Positions 29,270 through 38,446 of a stretch of 64,000 nt of DNA are shown piece by piece. Each line of letters begins with the position of its first letter. Position 1 is the stretch's first letter. A model generated the notes under the pieces. That model was not told the DNA's origin. It searched no databases and was given only the letters and a program-made list of their open reading frames with translations. A program made the translations under genes and the position numbers. Source of the DNA: an uncultured Acidobacteriota bacterium. GTDB lineage: Bacteria; Acidobacteriota; Vicinamibacteria; Marinacidobacterales; SMYC01. Location of the stretch: contig CAVQUX010000025.1 in NCBI GenBank assembly GCA_963716925.1, forward strand, positions 144,751-208,750, written 5' to 3'.

Positions 29270-30490
29270 ATGATTGGAAGACCGACTGTTCTCGCGGTTC
29301 TCGTCGCAACCTCGGGGTTCGCCTCCGATTGGCCGCAGTGGAGGGGACCGGAGCGGACTGGGGTCGCTTCCGCGCCATCTCCCGCGAGTTGGCCGCAGAG
29401 TCTCTCGAAGGCGTGGCAGGTCGAGGTGGGCCTCGGCCACTCGACGCCGGTAGTGCAGGGCGAGCGGGTGTTTCAGCTCTCGCGGCAGGGCGAGCGCGAG
29501 GTGGTGAGCGCTCTCGAGCTATCGACGGGCGCCACTCTTTGGGAGCAGAGCTACGACGCGGGGTACACCATGAATCCCGCGGCCACCTCGCACGGAAAGG
29601 GTCCTAAATCGACGCCGCTCGTCTCCGAAGGAAGGCTGTTTACGCTGGGAATCGCGGGGATGCTCTCGGCGTTCGACGCGGCTACCGGCCGCGTCCTCTG
29701 GAGAAGCGACTTCGCCGATCGATTCCCCGCGACGTCGCCGCTCTATGGCAGCGCGGCCTCTCCCATGATTGCCGGAGGCAAGCTCCTCATTCATCTCGGA
29801 GCGCCAGGGAAGGGCGCGTTCATGGCTCTCGACCCGGAGACGGGAAAAGTCATCTGGGTCTTCAACGGCGACGGCCCCGGCTACTCCTCCCCCATCGTGA
29901 CGACGATCGAGAACGTCGAGCAGGTCGTCACCCAGACCGACGCCCACATCGTTTCCCTGTCGCTCGACTCGGGGAAGCTCCTCTGGAGAATTCCTTTCAC
30001 CACTCCCTACGATCAGAACATCGTGACGCCCGTCGCCCACGGGGAGCGGATGATCTTTTCCGGGCTCGACTCCGACACCTTCGCCGTCGCGCCGAAGCTC
30101 GAAGACGATGGATTCCACACAGAAGAAGTGTGGCGCGTCTCGACGACGTTCTATATGAGCAGTCCGGTGCTCGCGGGGAAACGTCTCCTCGGTTTCTCGA
30201 ACCAGAAGAAGGGGCAGGTCGTCGCTCTCGACCCGGCAACGGGAAAGAGACTCTGGGAGAGCGAAGGACGCCTGGGAGACAACGGCGCCGTCGTCCTCTG
30301 GGGCGACTGGCTCTTGGTGCTGACGACGGAAGGAGAGCTCCTGGTCATGGCGGCCGGTGCCCCGGGCTTCTCACCCGCGCGGCGCTACACCGTCGCCGAC
30401 ACGCCCACCTGGGCCCATCCGGTGCCCACCTCCGCGGGGGTGCTGGTCAAGGACGAATCGAAACTCGCTCTCTGGAAGCTCGAGCCCTGA
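29270..30490 (+). CDS. PQQ-like beta-propeller repeat protein (secreted), paralog 2
   Basis: Signal peptide, then DWPQWRGPERTGV...HSTPVV. Its last ~15 codons are duplicated at 37148-37200. Confidence 0.8.
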   Translation: MIGRPTVLAVLVATSGFASDWPQWRGPERTGVASAPSPASWPQSLSKAWQVEVGLGHSTPVVQGERVFQLSRQGEREVVSALELSTGATLWEQSYDAGYTMNPAATSHGKGPKSTPLVSEGRLFTLGIAGMLSAFDAATGRVLWRSDFADRFPATSPLYGSAASPMIAGGKLLIHLGAPGKGAFMALDPETGKVIWVFNGDGPGYSSPIVTTIENVEQVVTQTDAHIVSLSLDSGKLLWRIPFTTPYDQNIVTPVAHGERMIFSGLDSDTFAVAPKLEDDGFHTEEVWRVSTTFYMSSPVLAGKRLLGFSNQKKGQVVALDPATGKRLWESEGRLGDNGAVVLWGDWLLVLTTEGELLVMAAGAPGFSPARRYTVADTPTWAHPVPTSAGVLVKDESKLALWKLEP

Positions 30491-30497
30491 CTAGATC

Positions 30498-31437
30498 TCA
30501 GCCCTGCGTCTTGTTTTGCTTGAGAGTCTCGATCGCGCGCTTCGCCGACTCGGCCTGCGGATCCGTGGGAGCCAGCTCGAGGAACTTCTCGAAGTGCGCG
30601 ATCGCCGCATCGTTCTGCCCCTTGCCAGCCTCGATGACGCCGAGCTGGTAGTGAGCGAGCGCTCTATTGGGATCGAGCTCCAGGGTCTTCCGATAGGCGG
30701 CTTCGGCCGCGGGTGTGTCGCCCGAGTTGTCGGCGTAGACCGCGTAGGTGAAAACGGCGATGGGATCCGTCGCCTTGAGGTCGATGGCCTTCTTCATCGC
30801 GGCCGCGGCTTCGGGCCAGGATTTTTTCTTGCCCTGGATACCGGCGATGCCCAGCCAGGCGTCGTAGAAGTCCGGCTTCAGCTCTACCGTTTTCTGATAG
30901 GACTCGAGAGCCTTGTCCGTTTCTCCCATCTTCTCGTAGGTGCTGGCGATGTTGTAGTGGACCTCGGGGCTCTCGGGCATCATCTTCTGAAGCTCGAACA
31001 GACTGTTGAGCGTCCCCTGGTGGTCATCGGAGCTCGACGACATGTTGAATTTCGCCAGAAGTTCGGTGGCGCGAGCGTGATCTTTTTCGGTGAGCTCCCC
31101 GGGAGCGAGCGGGTACATGGTGTTCGTCCCCAGATCGATCTGCTCGAAAGCGGTGACCGGGGCAGCAATGGGAAGCGGGCGAAATCCGTCTTTTTCGCAC
31201 GTCACCACGTAGTTTCCGACCAGGAGTCCGGCCTTCACGAAACTGCCGTCTTTCTTGGTCACGACCGTGGAGGCCCTTCCGCCGCCGCCCTCGAGCTCGA
31301 TCCTGCAGGCGATCCCTTCGAGAGGCTTACCCTGCTCGTCGATGAGCTTGCCCCGAACCGCACCTCGCTGGGCGAAGGCGTCGGCGGCCACCAGGATGCC
31401 GAAGGCGGCCGCGACCGCCGTCCATCGATTCGAATTC
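30498..31437 (-). CDS. carboxypeptidase-regulatory-like domain plus TPR repeat protein (secreted), copy 1
   Basis: Signal MNSNRWTAVAAAFGILVAADAFAQ, a CarbopepD_reg-like beta-sandwich (GKLIDEQGKPLEGIACRIE...DGSFV), then TPRs. AGGAGG lies 5 nt upstream of the ATG at 31437. Confidence 0.75.
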
Positions 31438-31450
31438 ATGTTTCCTCCTG

Positions 31451-32374
31451 CTACGAGTGCTTCTTGGCGTAGTTCTTCTCGCCCGCCTCGATGCGAATCT
31501 TCAGCCGATTCTCTTTCGGAGGCATGGGACAAGTGGTATAGGGGTTGAACGCGCACGGCGGGTTGTAGGCCTTGTTGAAATCGACGACGACGCTACCGTC
31601 CTCCGGGGGCTCGGCCTGAAGGAAGCGCGCCGACGGGTAGGTCTCCTTCCCGCTGGTCTGGTCCTTGAAAATGAACCAAATCTTTCCGTCGGTATTCAAG
31701 ACCGGCTCCATGCGAATCGCCTGGCCCTGGAGCTCGAAGTCGACGACCCCCGGGCTCTGGTACCGCTCGATGTCGCCGAGCATGTTCAGGATCTCGACGT
31801 CCTTCGGCTTGGGGTGAGGGGTGAACTTCGCGGTGACGCGATACGCGGGATCGACGGGAAACCAGGAGAGCCCGAGGAACTCCTTGCGGATGGGGCTGTC
31901 GAGATCGCGAAGTCGTATGGCGAGCCTTGGTCCGCTCGCGTGCACCCACATCGAGAGCTTCCCGAGAGCGATGGCGTTCTTTTCTCCGGGCTCGAGAGTC
32001 GCGGTCGAGACCGGCTGGTCTTCCTTACCTGGCTTACCTGGCTTACCTGGCTTACCTGGCCGCGAGACGGCGACTCCGCTCCGGGCGCGGAACGAAACCT
32101 TCCCCGCCTCGTAGGTGAACGTTCCCACGAACGCGGGGGCGGTTCCTTCCGGAAGGACGAAATCGTTCTCCGGATCGGTGCCGACGGTGCTCTCGCCCTC
32201 TCGAAGCCAGTAGAGACCGGCGACGGTGAGCCAGCTTCCGTCCTTCTTCAGGTTCGCCTCGCGCTCCAGGCGCCAGGACTCGATCTCCTTCGGGTAGGAG
32301 GCGTCCTCACCGAGGCCGGCGAGAGGCAGCAGAATCGCCGGGGAGACGAGCCATATCCATACTCTTGAAAGCAT
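31451..32374 (-). CDS. DUF1684 domain protein (secreted), full-length copy
   Basis: C-terminal NPPCAFNPYTTCPMPPKENRLKIRIEAGEKNY matches the DUF1684 signature. Contains a (GKP)n linker encoded by a 9-bp tandem repeat. Confidence 0.75.
   Translation of the reverse strand: MLSRVWIWLVSPAILLPLAGLGEDASYPKEIESWRLEREANLKKDGSWLTVAGLYWLREGESTVGTDPENDFVLPEGTAPAFVGTFTYEAGKVSFRARSGVAVSRPGKPGKPGKPGKEDQPVSTATLEPGEKNAIALGKLSMWVHASGPRLAIRLRDLDSPIRKEFLGLSWFPVDPAYRVTAKFTPHPKPKDVEILNMLGDIERYQSPGVVDFELQGQAIRMEPVLNTDGKIWFIFKDQTSGKETYPSARFLQAEPPEDGSVVVDFNKAYNPPCAFNPYTTCPMPPKENRLKIRIEAGEKNYAKKHS
32028..32060. repeat. 9-bp tandem repeat (cctggctta x ~3.6) encoding GKPGKPGKPGK inside the DUF1684 gene
   Basis: Seen directly: cctggcttacctggcttacctggcttacctggc. 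Confidence 0.8.
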
Positions 32375-32404
32375 GTTCGATCCTCCGCTGGATCCGATTC
32401 TACT

Positions 32405-33172
32405 TCACCGGAAATACGGGCGTACGTCGACCGCCGCGGGGCTCCGGAACAGCGAATCGGGAACGGTAAGAAGGACGGCGACGTCCTCGTGCTTTCGCTC
32501 TCCCCGATTGGCGGAAAGCAGAATCTTGCCGTGGCGCTCCCAGTCGAGCCACGGAATCTTGAAGCTCGGCTCCGGATCGGACGCGTTCTTGTAGTAGTTC
32601 CACTGCGTCACCAGGCGGCTCTGGTCGTCGACGAAGACGTGATACTTGTTCTCCGGCGTGCGCCCCACGTTCGCGAACGTGAGCTCGAGGACATCAGCCG
32701 AAGCGCCGGCCTCGGTCTTACCCTTTCCCAGGTACTTCAGCGTCACCCCGCCGTCCTTGAGCTTGTAGGGCATGAACACCCAGTAGGAGTCGTTGATCCA
32801 GGCGCTCTCCGCGTCGTAGAGGGCTTTTTCCAGCTCCGCCGGATTCGTCATCTCCTGTCCGCTCTTCCACACCCGGCCCTTCCTGGTGTTCAGGTTCATC
32901 AGGGTCACCGTGCCCTCGTTCTCGAAACGGAGGTCGCCCGAGAACTTGTCCCAGAAGTGGGTTCGCCGACCGAAGAAGTTCCACGTGAGGTAGCGGGTCT
33001 GATCCCAGGCTTTCCTTCCCCCGAGCGCTTTCATCACCTCGTCGGCGATCTGGACCGCTTTCGGGTCCGAGCCCTTTAGATTGAATCCGGCAAGGGGCGG
33101 GTTGTCGCCCTGTGCCAGGACGAGCGCGGGAACGACCAGGGCGAGGACCGAGGCGACCAGGAATCTCTTCAC
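32405..33172 (-). CDS. secreted hypothetical protein
   Basis: GTG start preceded by GGGAGG. Signal (M)KRFLVASVLALVVPALVLAQG. Protein-like composition. The 5' extension of the ORF is Arg-rich junk. Confidence 0.6.
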   Translation of the reverse strand: MKRFLVASVLALVVPALVLAQGDNPPLAGFNLKGSDPKAVQIADEVMKALGGRKAWDQTRYLTWNFFGRRTHFWDKFSGDLRFENEGTVTLMNLNTRKGRVWKSGQEMTNPAELEKALYDAESAWINDSYWVFMPYKLKDGGVTLKYLGKGKTEAGASADVLELTFANVGRTPENKYHVFVDDQSRLVTQWNYYKNASDPEPSFKIPWLDWERHGKILLSANRGERKHEDVAVLLTVPDSLFRSPAAVDVRPYFR

Positions 33173-33186
33173 GACAAACCTCCCGT

Positions 33187-33480
33187 TCACGAATCTAGCC
33201 CATCCACGAGCACGAATTGTCCTTCGGCGCAGCCCGTCCGCGCGGCGATCGCCTTCCGGTACTCCGGCGAACGGTACCAGGCCTGCGCCCGCTCCAGGCT
33301 CGGAAACTCCACGATCACCACGCGGCTCTGTTCCTCGTCGCCTTCGAGGGTCAGCGTAGTCCCCCCGCGCGCCCGGTATCGGCCGTCGAACTTCGCGATC
33401 GCCGCGGCGGCGAGCCTCTTGTACTCCTCGTAGGCGGCCGGGTCCCGTACCCGGACGCGAGCGATGAGATAAGCGGGCAT
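33187..33480 (-). CDS. DUF1330 domain protein
   Basis: MPAYLIARVRVRDPAAYEEYKRLAAAAIAKFDGRY...VVIVEFPSLERAQAWYRSPEY is the DUF1330 (dimeric alpha/beta barrel) pattern. Confidence 0.65.
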   Translation of the reverse strand: MPAYLIARVRVRDPAAYEEYKRLAAAAIAKFDGRYRARGGTTLTLEGDEEQSRVVIVEFPSLERAQAWYRSPEYRKAIAARTGCAEGQFVLVDGLDS

Positions 33481-33575
33481 GACGGTCTCCTTTTTCATCC
33501 TCGGCGCATGAAGAGGGACCATTTTGTTTCAGAAGCGACCTGCCTGCAATCGCGACGCTTGCATGGGAGGAGGAG

Positions 33576-35243
33576 GTGATTCCGTTTTCTCTCGACAAGC
33601 GGTTACTTCCATATGAGAATAGGCAGGAGAGTGCAGGGGCCGACGGCAGGAGAGCCGCGGTGCACGATCGAAATCAAGAAGCGAACGATTCGACGAACGG
33701 GTCCGACGAGAGGCGTCATCGCGCCGCTCTTGCGCCCGCGCACCTCGGAAATTCGAGCACCCACCTTCGGCTGATCGTCGAGAACTCCCCCGATCTCATC
33801 GCCACCCTCGGCCGGGACGCAACCATCCGGTTCATGAATCACACCCTGCCCCAGTTCACCGTCGAGGAAGTGCTGGGGACGAGCGCGTTCGACTACGTCC
33901 AACAGGCCGACCGGGAACGCTACAAGAAAATCTTCCACGAGGTGCTCGCCACCGGGGAGCCGAGGGAGATGGAGCTCCTGTCCGAGGGACCGGCCTGCTG
34001 GCTCTCTCGGTTCGTTCCGGTGTGCGCGGACGACGGCAGCGTCGAGAGCATCCTGGTAATCGCGACCGATATCACCCAGAGGAAGAAAGCGGAGCAGGCC
34101 CTCAGGGAAAGCGAAACCCGTTTCCGGACTCTCGCGGATTCCACCTCGGCCGCAATCTTCGTGGTTCAAGGCTCGAGGGTGGTATACGCGAACCGGGCGG
34201 CCGAGGTCATCACCGGGTTCACCATCGCCGAGATGTCGCGAATGGCATACTGGGAGCTGGTGCATCCCGACCAGAGGGAGCGTTCCCGAATCTGGGCGCT
34301 CGGCCGTCAGCAGGGCCTGGAGGTCCCCGACCGGTTCGAGGCCAAGCTCCTCACCAAGGAAGGCGAAGAGCGCTGGGTGGATTACGGCGCGAGCGTTTTC
34401 GACCTGGGAGGGTCGAAGGCGATCGTCGGGACCGCGGTCGATATCACCGATCGCAGGCGGGCCGAGGAAGAGCGCCGCCGTCTCGAGGCGCAGGTCCAGC
34501 ACGCGCAAAGGCTCGAGAGCCTCGGGGTGCTCACGGGCGGGATTGCGCACGATTTCAACAACCTGCTCACGGCGATTCTGGGAAGCGCGAGCCTGGCGGC
34601 GATGAAAGTGCCTCCCGACTCTCCGGCGGCGGAACAGCTTTCACGGGTGCTGGCCGCGGCAGAGAAGGCGGCGGAGCTCACCAACAAGATGCTGGCCTAT
34701 GCGGGTAGGGGTCAGTTTCTCCTCGCTCCCTCGGACTTGAACCATATCGTCGAGGAAGTCCTCCCGCTGGTCCGGAGCTCCCTGCGAAAGACGTCGGCGA
34801 TTCGGCTCGCGCTCGCTCCGAATCTGCCGGAAATCGAGGCGGACGGGAATCAGATCCAGCAAGTCGTGGTGAACCTGCTCACCAACGCTGCGGAAGCCCT
34901 CGCCCGGGAGATCGTCGTCCGAACCGGCGCCATGACGGGAGGCGACCTCTCCCCTCACCCCTGCGTGTTCCTGGAGGTCCGCGACGACGGCACCGGAATG
35001 GACGAAGAGACGCGGACTCGGATCTTCGACCCTTTCTTCAGCACGAAGTTCACGGGCCGGGGTCTCGGGCTTTCGGCCGTCGCGGGCATCGTCAGAGCCC
35101 ATGGCGGCAGCGTTCGCGTCGAGAGCGCCCCGAACCGCGGCACGAGCGTTACCGTGCTGTTCCCCGCCAGGAAGGCGGTCGAATCGGACCTGCCGGATCC
35201 GCTTCGAGCGGGCGCGAGCCTTGCGAAGGAGCCCGGCGCCTGA
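33576..35243 (+). CDS. PAS-domain sensor histidine kinase
   Basis: Two PAS-like segments, then the HisKA H-box (IAHDFNNLLTAILG) and the HATPase_c N/G boxes. Confidence 0.8.
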   Translation: MIPFSLDKRLLPYENRQESAGADGRRAAVHDRNQEANDSTNGSDERRHRAALAPAHLGNSSTHLRLIVENSPDLIATLGRDATIRFMNHTLPQFTVEEVLGTSAFDYVQQADRERYKKIFHEVLATGEPREMELLSEGPACWLSRFVPVCADDGSVESILVIATDITQRKKAEQALRESETRFRTLADSTSAAIFVVQGSRVVYANRAAEVITGFTIAEMSRMAYWELVHPDQRERSRIWALGRQQGLEVPDRFEAKLLTKEGEERWVDYGASVFDLGGSKAIVGTAVDITDRRRAEEERRRLEAQVQHAQRLESLGVLTGGIAHDFNNLLTAILGSASLAAMKVPPDSPAAEQLSRVLAAAEKAAELTNKMLAYAGRGQFLLAPSDLNHIVEEVLPLVRSSLRKTSAIRLALAPNLPEIEADGNQIQQVVVNLLTNAAEALAREIVVRTGAMTGGDLSPHPCVFLEVRDDGTGMDEETRTRIFDPFFSTKFTGRGLGLSAVAGIVRAHGGSVRVESAPNRGTSVTVLFPARKAVESDLPDPLRAGASLAKEPGA

Positions 35244-35862
35244 ACCCGCCATCGGAGAAGTTCAGTCGGGGAGCGATCGATTCTCGCGGCGGGGGCGGCG
35301 CCCAGAGCGGCAGAAACGGGATCCGTCTCGAGAGGACTTTCGAACGGAAGTACCGCTCGTGGTCCCATTCCACCTGGGCCATGCGCAAGAGCTCCGGAGC
35401 GAGCTCGGCGCGGCCGGCCAGGATGGCGAGACCGGCGGCCTCCTCGTACTCGCGGACGTTTCCGCTTTCGAGAAAGCCGGCGCCGTACATCGGCGCGAGC
35501 CATCCGCTTACCCGACAAAGGCTCGAGATCACGGTTCCAATCCCGCGGAACAACGCCTCACGAATTCGGCCGGGTTCTTTCGAAAGACCGGCGAGCATCC
35601 GGCCGACGCACTCCCGGTGGTCCATCTCCTGGCGGCCGATCTCGAGAACCTCCCGCGCCTCCGCCGGGTCCGCAAGCGATCGCGCGTGGCCGTGATACGC
35701 GAGTCCGGCGGCGAGCTCCCCCGCGTGCGCCTTCCTGAGAACGGCAACCAGCTCGCGAAAAGCCTGGACTCGCCTGCCGTGCATCCCACCTTCCATTTTT
35801 CGAAAAAACACTTCCCGTCGCAAGGCACGTCGAGGTACTCTGGTACATACATATGCGAGCAC
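35149..35862 (-). CDS. ferritin-like/rubrerythrin-like helical domain protein (tentative)
   Basis: Paired E..H-type helices (AAGLAYHGHA...EIGRQEMDHRE...EYEEAAG...QVEWDHERYF). The start is uncertain. The 3' end overlaps the convergent kinase gene, so the C-terminus may be over-extended. Confidence 0.4.
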   Translation of the reverse strand: MLAYVCTRVPRRALRREVFFRKMEGGMHGRRVQAFRELVAVLRKAHAGELAAGLAYHGHARSLADPAEAREVLEIGRQEMDHRECVGRMLAGLSKEPGRIREALFRGIGTVISSLCRVSGWLAPMYGAGFLESGNVREYEEAAGLAILAGRAELAPELLRMAQVEWDHERYFRSKVLSRRIPFLPLWAPPPPRESIAPRLNFSDGGFRRRAPSQGSRPLEADPAGPIRPPSWRGTAR

Positions 35863-36242
35863 CGACGATCGATGAGATTCTCGTGGGCCGGGGCGACCGT
35901 ATCCTCACGCAGTCCTTCGACATCCTCAGACGCCATCTGGACCACGCTCAGCAGTCGCGTTCCCCTCGACTCTCGTTCATGACCGCGGAGCACCATCGCG
36001 TGCGGGACTTCGCGGTTATGGAGCTTCCCCGGATCGGGCGCGCCCTGCCTCCCGAGCGCATCGCGGAGAAGACGGAAATTCCGCTCGAGCGCGTGGAGAC
36101 GATCCTGAACGAGCTCGAGGTGCACCGCTTCTTTCTCGTCCGCGATCGCGAGCGGCGGGTCAGCTGGGCGTTTCCGGTCACGAGCGAGAAGACGCCGCAC
36201 CGACTCGAGCTCTCGACGGGCGAGGCGATCCACGCCGCCTGA
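35853..36242 (+). CDS. hypothetical protein, possible winged-helix
   Basis: 129 aa with coding-like composition. No family recognised. Confidence 0.35.
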   Translation: MRAPTIDEILVGRGDRILTQSFDILRRHLDHAQQSRSPRLSFMTAEHHRVRDFAVMELPRIGRALPPERIAEKTEIPLERVETILNELEVHRFFLVRDRERRVSWAFPVTSEKTPHRLELSTGEAIHAA

Positions 36243-36269
36243 GCAGAGGACGCGGTTCCTGCGCCCTTC

Positions 36270-36650
36270 GTGCAAGGGTGCCTCAGAAACGAGCCGATAG
36301 CGGCCGTCATCCGGACGCGGTGCGCCCGCACCGAACGGGAGCTGACTCTACGGGTCAGCGCCGAAGGCGACGTCGAGGTCGGCGAGATGGGCGCTTCCCC
36401 GCTCCTCTTCGAGCCCGAGATCGACTGGGAGCGGTTCGAGAAGCCTCATATCCTCGACGATTTCTGACGGAACTCCGTGTTCTTCTGGTCAGAAGACGAA
36501 GCCAGAGCGCACCGGCGCGAGAACGTTCTCATAGACGGCATCTACCTCACGATGGCGCAGGCTAGCTACGTCACCCGCGTGGGCCAGGCGTCGCTCTTCG
36601 ATATCGACCTGCAGACGAAGAGGCCGCGGCGTTAGTCGACAAGAAGGAAC
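36270..36650 (+). pseudogene. ORF of unknown function split by an in-frame TGA (36468-36470)
   Basis: ...EPEIDWERFEKPHILDDF*RNSVFFWSEDEARAHRRENVLIDGIYLTMAQASYVTRVGQASLFDIDLQ. Both halves look protein-like and share one frame. Confidence 0.3.
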
Positions 36651-36762
36651 GGAAGAGAGGTCCCCGCCCCTCGTCGCACCGGACCTACGGATTTCCCGCA
36701 TCCTGCGCACCCCAGCAGCTTGTGCCGGAAAGCATGCGCAAGAAGTGAAGCGACCTCAAGCC

Positions 36763-37080
36763 TCACAGGTTCACCAGACCGAGAGTCGTGAGGTGACGAT
36801 AGAGCGTCGTCCCCGCCGGAGGTCGGAAGGGTCGCTGACTCGCCGCGAAGTGGACGGCGAGACGTTTCCGAACGTACCATCCACCGCGCGGAAGTGGTGT
36901 CGAGCGTTGGCCATAGCCGAAGCAATTCGCCCAGCCGAGGAGGTGGCGGTTGAGTTCGGTGATTAAAGCCGAGATTTGCTTGTGACACTGGTGGCTGGCC
37001 GTCATCTCGCGCACCTTGGCGCGTTCGCGAGCCATCGCCTTCTTGGAGGGCATCACATGTAGGTATCGATGGCCGCGGTC
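36763..37080 (-). mobile_element. remnant of a group II intron-type reverse transcriptase/maturase (C-terminal thumb/X domain only)
   Basis: ...AKVREMTASHQCHKQISALITELNRHLLGWANCFGYGQ... matches the conserved LN..LRGWANYF maturase motif. No RT finger/palm domains lie upstream. It ends exactly at the boundary of the duplicated block (37148). Confidence 0.5.
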
Positions 37081-37201
37081 GAGGTGATGGGGCGAAGAAG
37101 ATCGTGGAAGCCCGAATCGGGGCACAGGGGATCGAGTCTTGACTCGACTGGTCAAGGACGAATCGAGCCTGGAGCGCTGGATGCTCGCCCTTTGGGCGCG
37201 A

Positions 37202-38140
37202 CTACTGCGTTTTCTTCTGCTTCAGAGCCTCTATCGCTCCCTTCGCCGCTTCGGCTTGGGGGTCGTTCGGCGCAAGATTCAGAAATTTCTCGAAGTGGGC
37301 GATGGCTGCGTCGTTCTCCTGCTTGCTCATCGCTATCAGCCCGAGCTGGTAACAGGCCATCGCTCGCGTGGGATCGAGCGAAAGCGTTTTCTGGTAGGCA
37401 GCCTCGGCGGTGGTGAGGTCCCCGGAGTTCTGCGCGTAGACCGCGTAATTGAAAACCGCGACGGGGTCAGTAGCCTTGAGGTCGATCGCCTTCTTCATCG
37501 CGGCCGAGGCATCTAGCCAGGCTTTCTTCTTGCCATTGATATCGGCGATCGCGAGCCACGCTTCGTAGAAATCCGGCTTCAGCGCTCCCGTCTTCTGGTA
37601 GCGCTCGAGCGCCTTGTCCATCTCTCCCATCTTCTCGTACGTAGTCGCGATGTTGAACTGGATCTCCGGGCTCTCGGGCATCATCTTCTCGAGCTCGAAT
37701 AGGCTCGTGAGCGTGGCCTGGAGGTCGCTCGACTCCGCGGAGATGTTGAACTTCGCCAGGAGCTCGGTCGCCCGCGCATTGTCCTTTTCCGAAAGCTCTC
37801 CCGGAGCGAGACGGTACAGGGTGTTCGTGCCCAAATCTATCTGGTCGAAGGCGGTTACGGCGGCACTGAGCGGCAGCGAACGATATCCCTCTCTTTCGCA
37901 GGTCACCAGGTAGTTACCGCCCTGAAGACCGGCCTTCATGAACTCACCGTCCTTCTTGGTCGTCACCGAGGAGGCCTTCCCTCCGCTTGCGTGGCGCTCG
38001 ATCCTGCACTCGACGCCTTCGAGGGGCTTCCCCTCCTCGTCGATGAGTTTTCCTCGAAGGGCTCCCCTCTGGGCGAAGGCGTGTGTGGCCATCAGGATCC
38101 CGAGCGCGGCCGTGACGGGCGTCCATCGACTCGAATTCAT
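37202..38140 (-). CDS. carboxypeptidase-regulatory-like plus TPR protein, copy 2 (paralog of 30498..31437)
   Basis: MNSSRWTPVTAALGILMATHAFAQRGALRGKLIDEEGKPLEGVECRIE... is collinear with copy 1 and identical at most positions. Confidence 0.75.
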   Translation of the reverse strand: MNSSRWTPVTAALGILMATHAFAQRGALRGKLIDEEGKPLEGVECRIERHASGGKASSVTTKKDGEFMKAGLQGGNYLVTCEREGYRSLPLSAAVTAFDQIDLGTNTLYRLAPGELSEKDNARATELLAKFNISAESSDLQATLTSLFELEKMMPESPEIQFNIATTYEKMGEMDKALERYQKTGALKPDFYEAWLAIADINGKKKAWLDASAAMKKAIDLKATDPVAVFNYAVYAQNSGDLTTAEAAYQKTLSLDPTRAMACYQLGLIAMSKQENDAAIAHFEKFLNLAPNDPQAEAAKGAIEALKQKKTQ

Positions 38141-38152
38141 CTTTCCTCCGAC

Positions 38153-38360
38153 TCAGGAATGTGTCTTCCTGTAGTTCTTCTCGCCCGCTTCGATGCGAAC
38201 CTGCAGTCGGTTCTCCTTCGGGCGCATGAGGCATGAGGTACGGGATTGAACACGCACGGCGGATTGTAAGCTTTGTTGAAGTCGACCACAATACTTCCCG
38301 CCCCTCGACGCATCCGCCTGAAGAAAGCGCGATGCCGGGTGAGGGCGAACCTTCTTCATT
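38153..38360 (-). pseudogene. 3' fragment of a DUF1684 gene (copy 2), truncated and frameshifted
   Basis: Encodes ...CLMRPKENRLQVRIEAGEKNYRKTHS* versus ...CPMPPKENRLKIRIEAGEKNYAKKHS* in copy 1. Upstream similarity (VVDFNKAYNPPC) continues in another frame after a 7-bp tandem duplication (cctcatgcctcatg), then is lost. Confidence 0.6.
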
Positions 38361-38446
38361 GATGGGCCACGCCGGGTTTATACTTAGCTCGCTCCCGTTG
38401 TGGATACGATCATCAGAACCGATTTCGCAGAAAGGCGCTGAAGGCA

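Larger units (their letters stand above)
37148..38360. repeat. Second, truncated copy of a ~1.2 kb segmental duplication (copy 1 = 30446-31690)
   Basis: ctggtcaaggacgaatcga occurs at both 30446 and 37148 (3' end of a PQQ gene). Nucleotide and protein similarity then continues through the CarbopepD-TPR gene and the 3' ~200 nt of the DUF1684 gene. Confidence 0.8.

Noticed and set aside
36489-36710. 73 aa minus-strand ORF in the RT-remnant region
   Set aside because: Short, Arg-rich, no features. Likely chance ORF in degenerate DNA.
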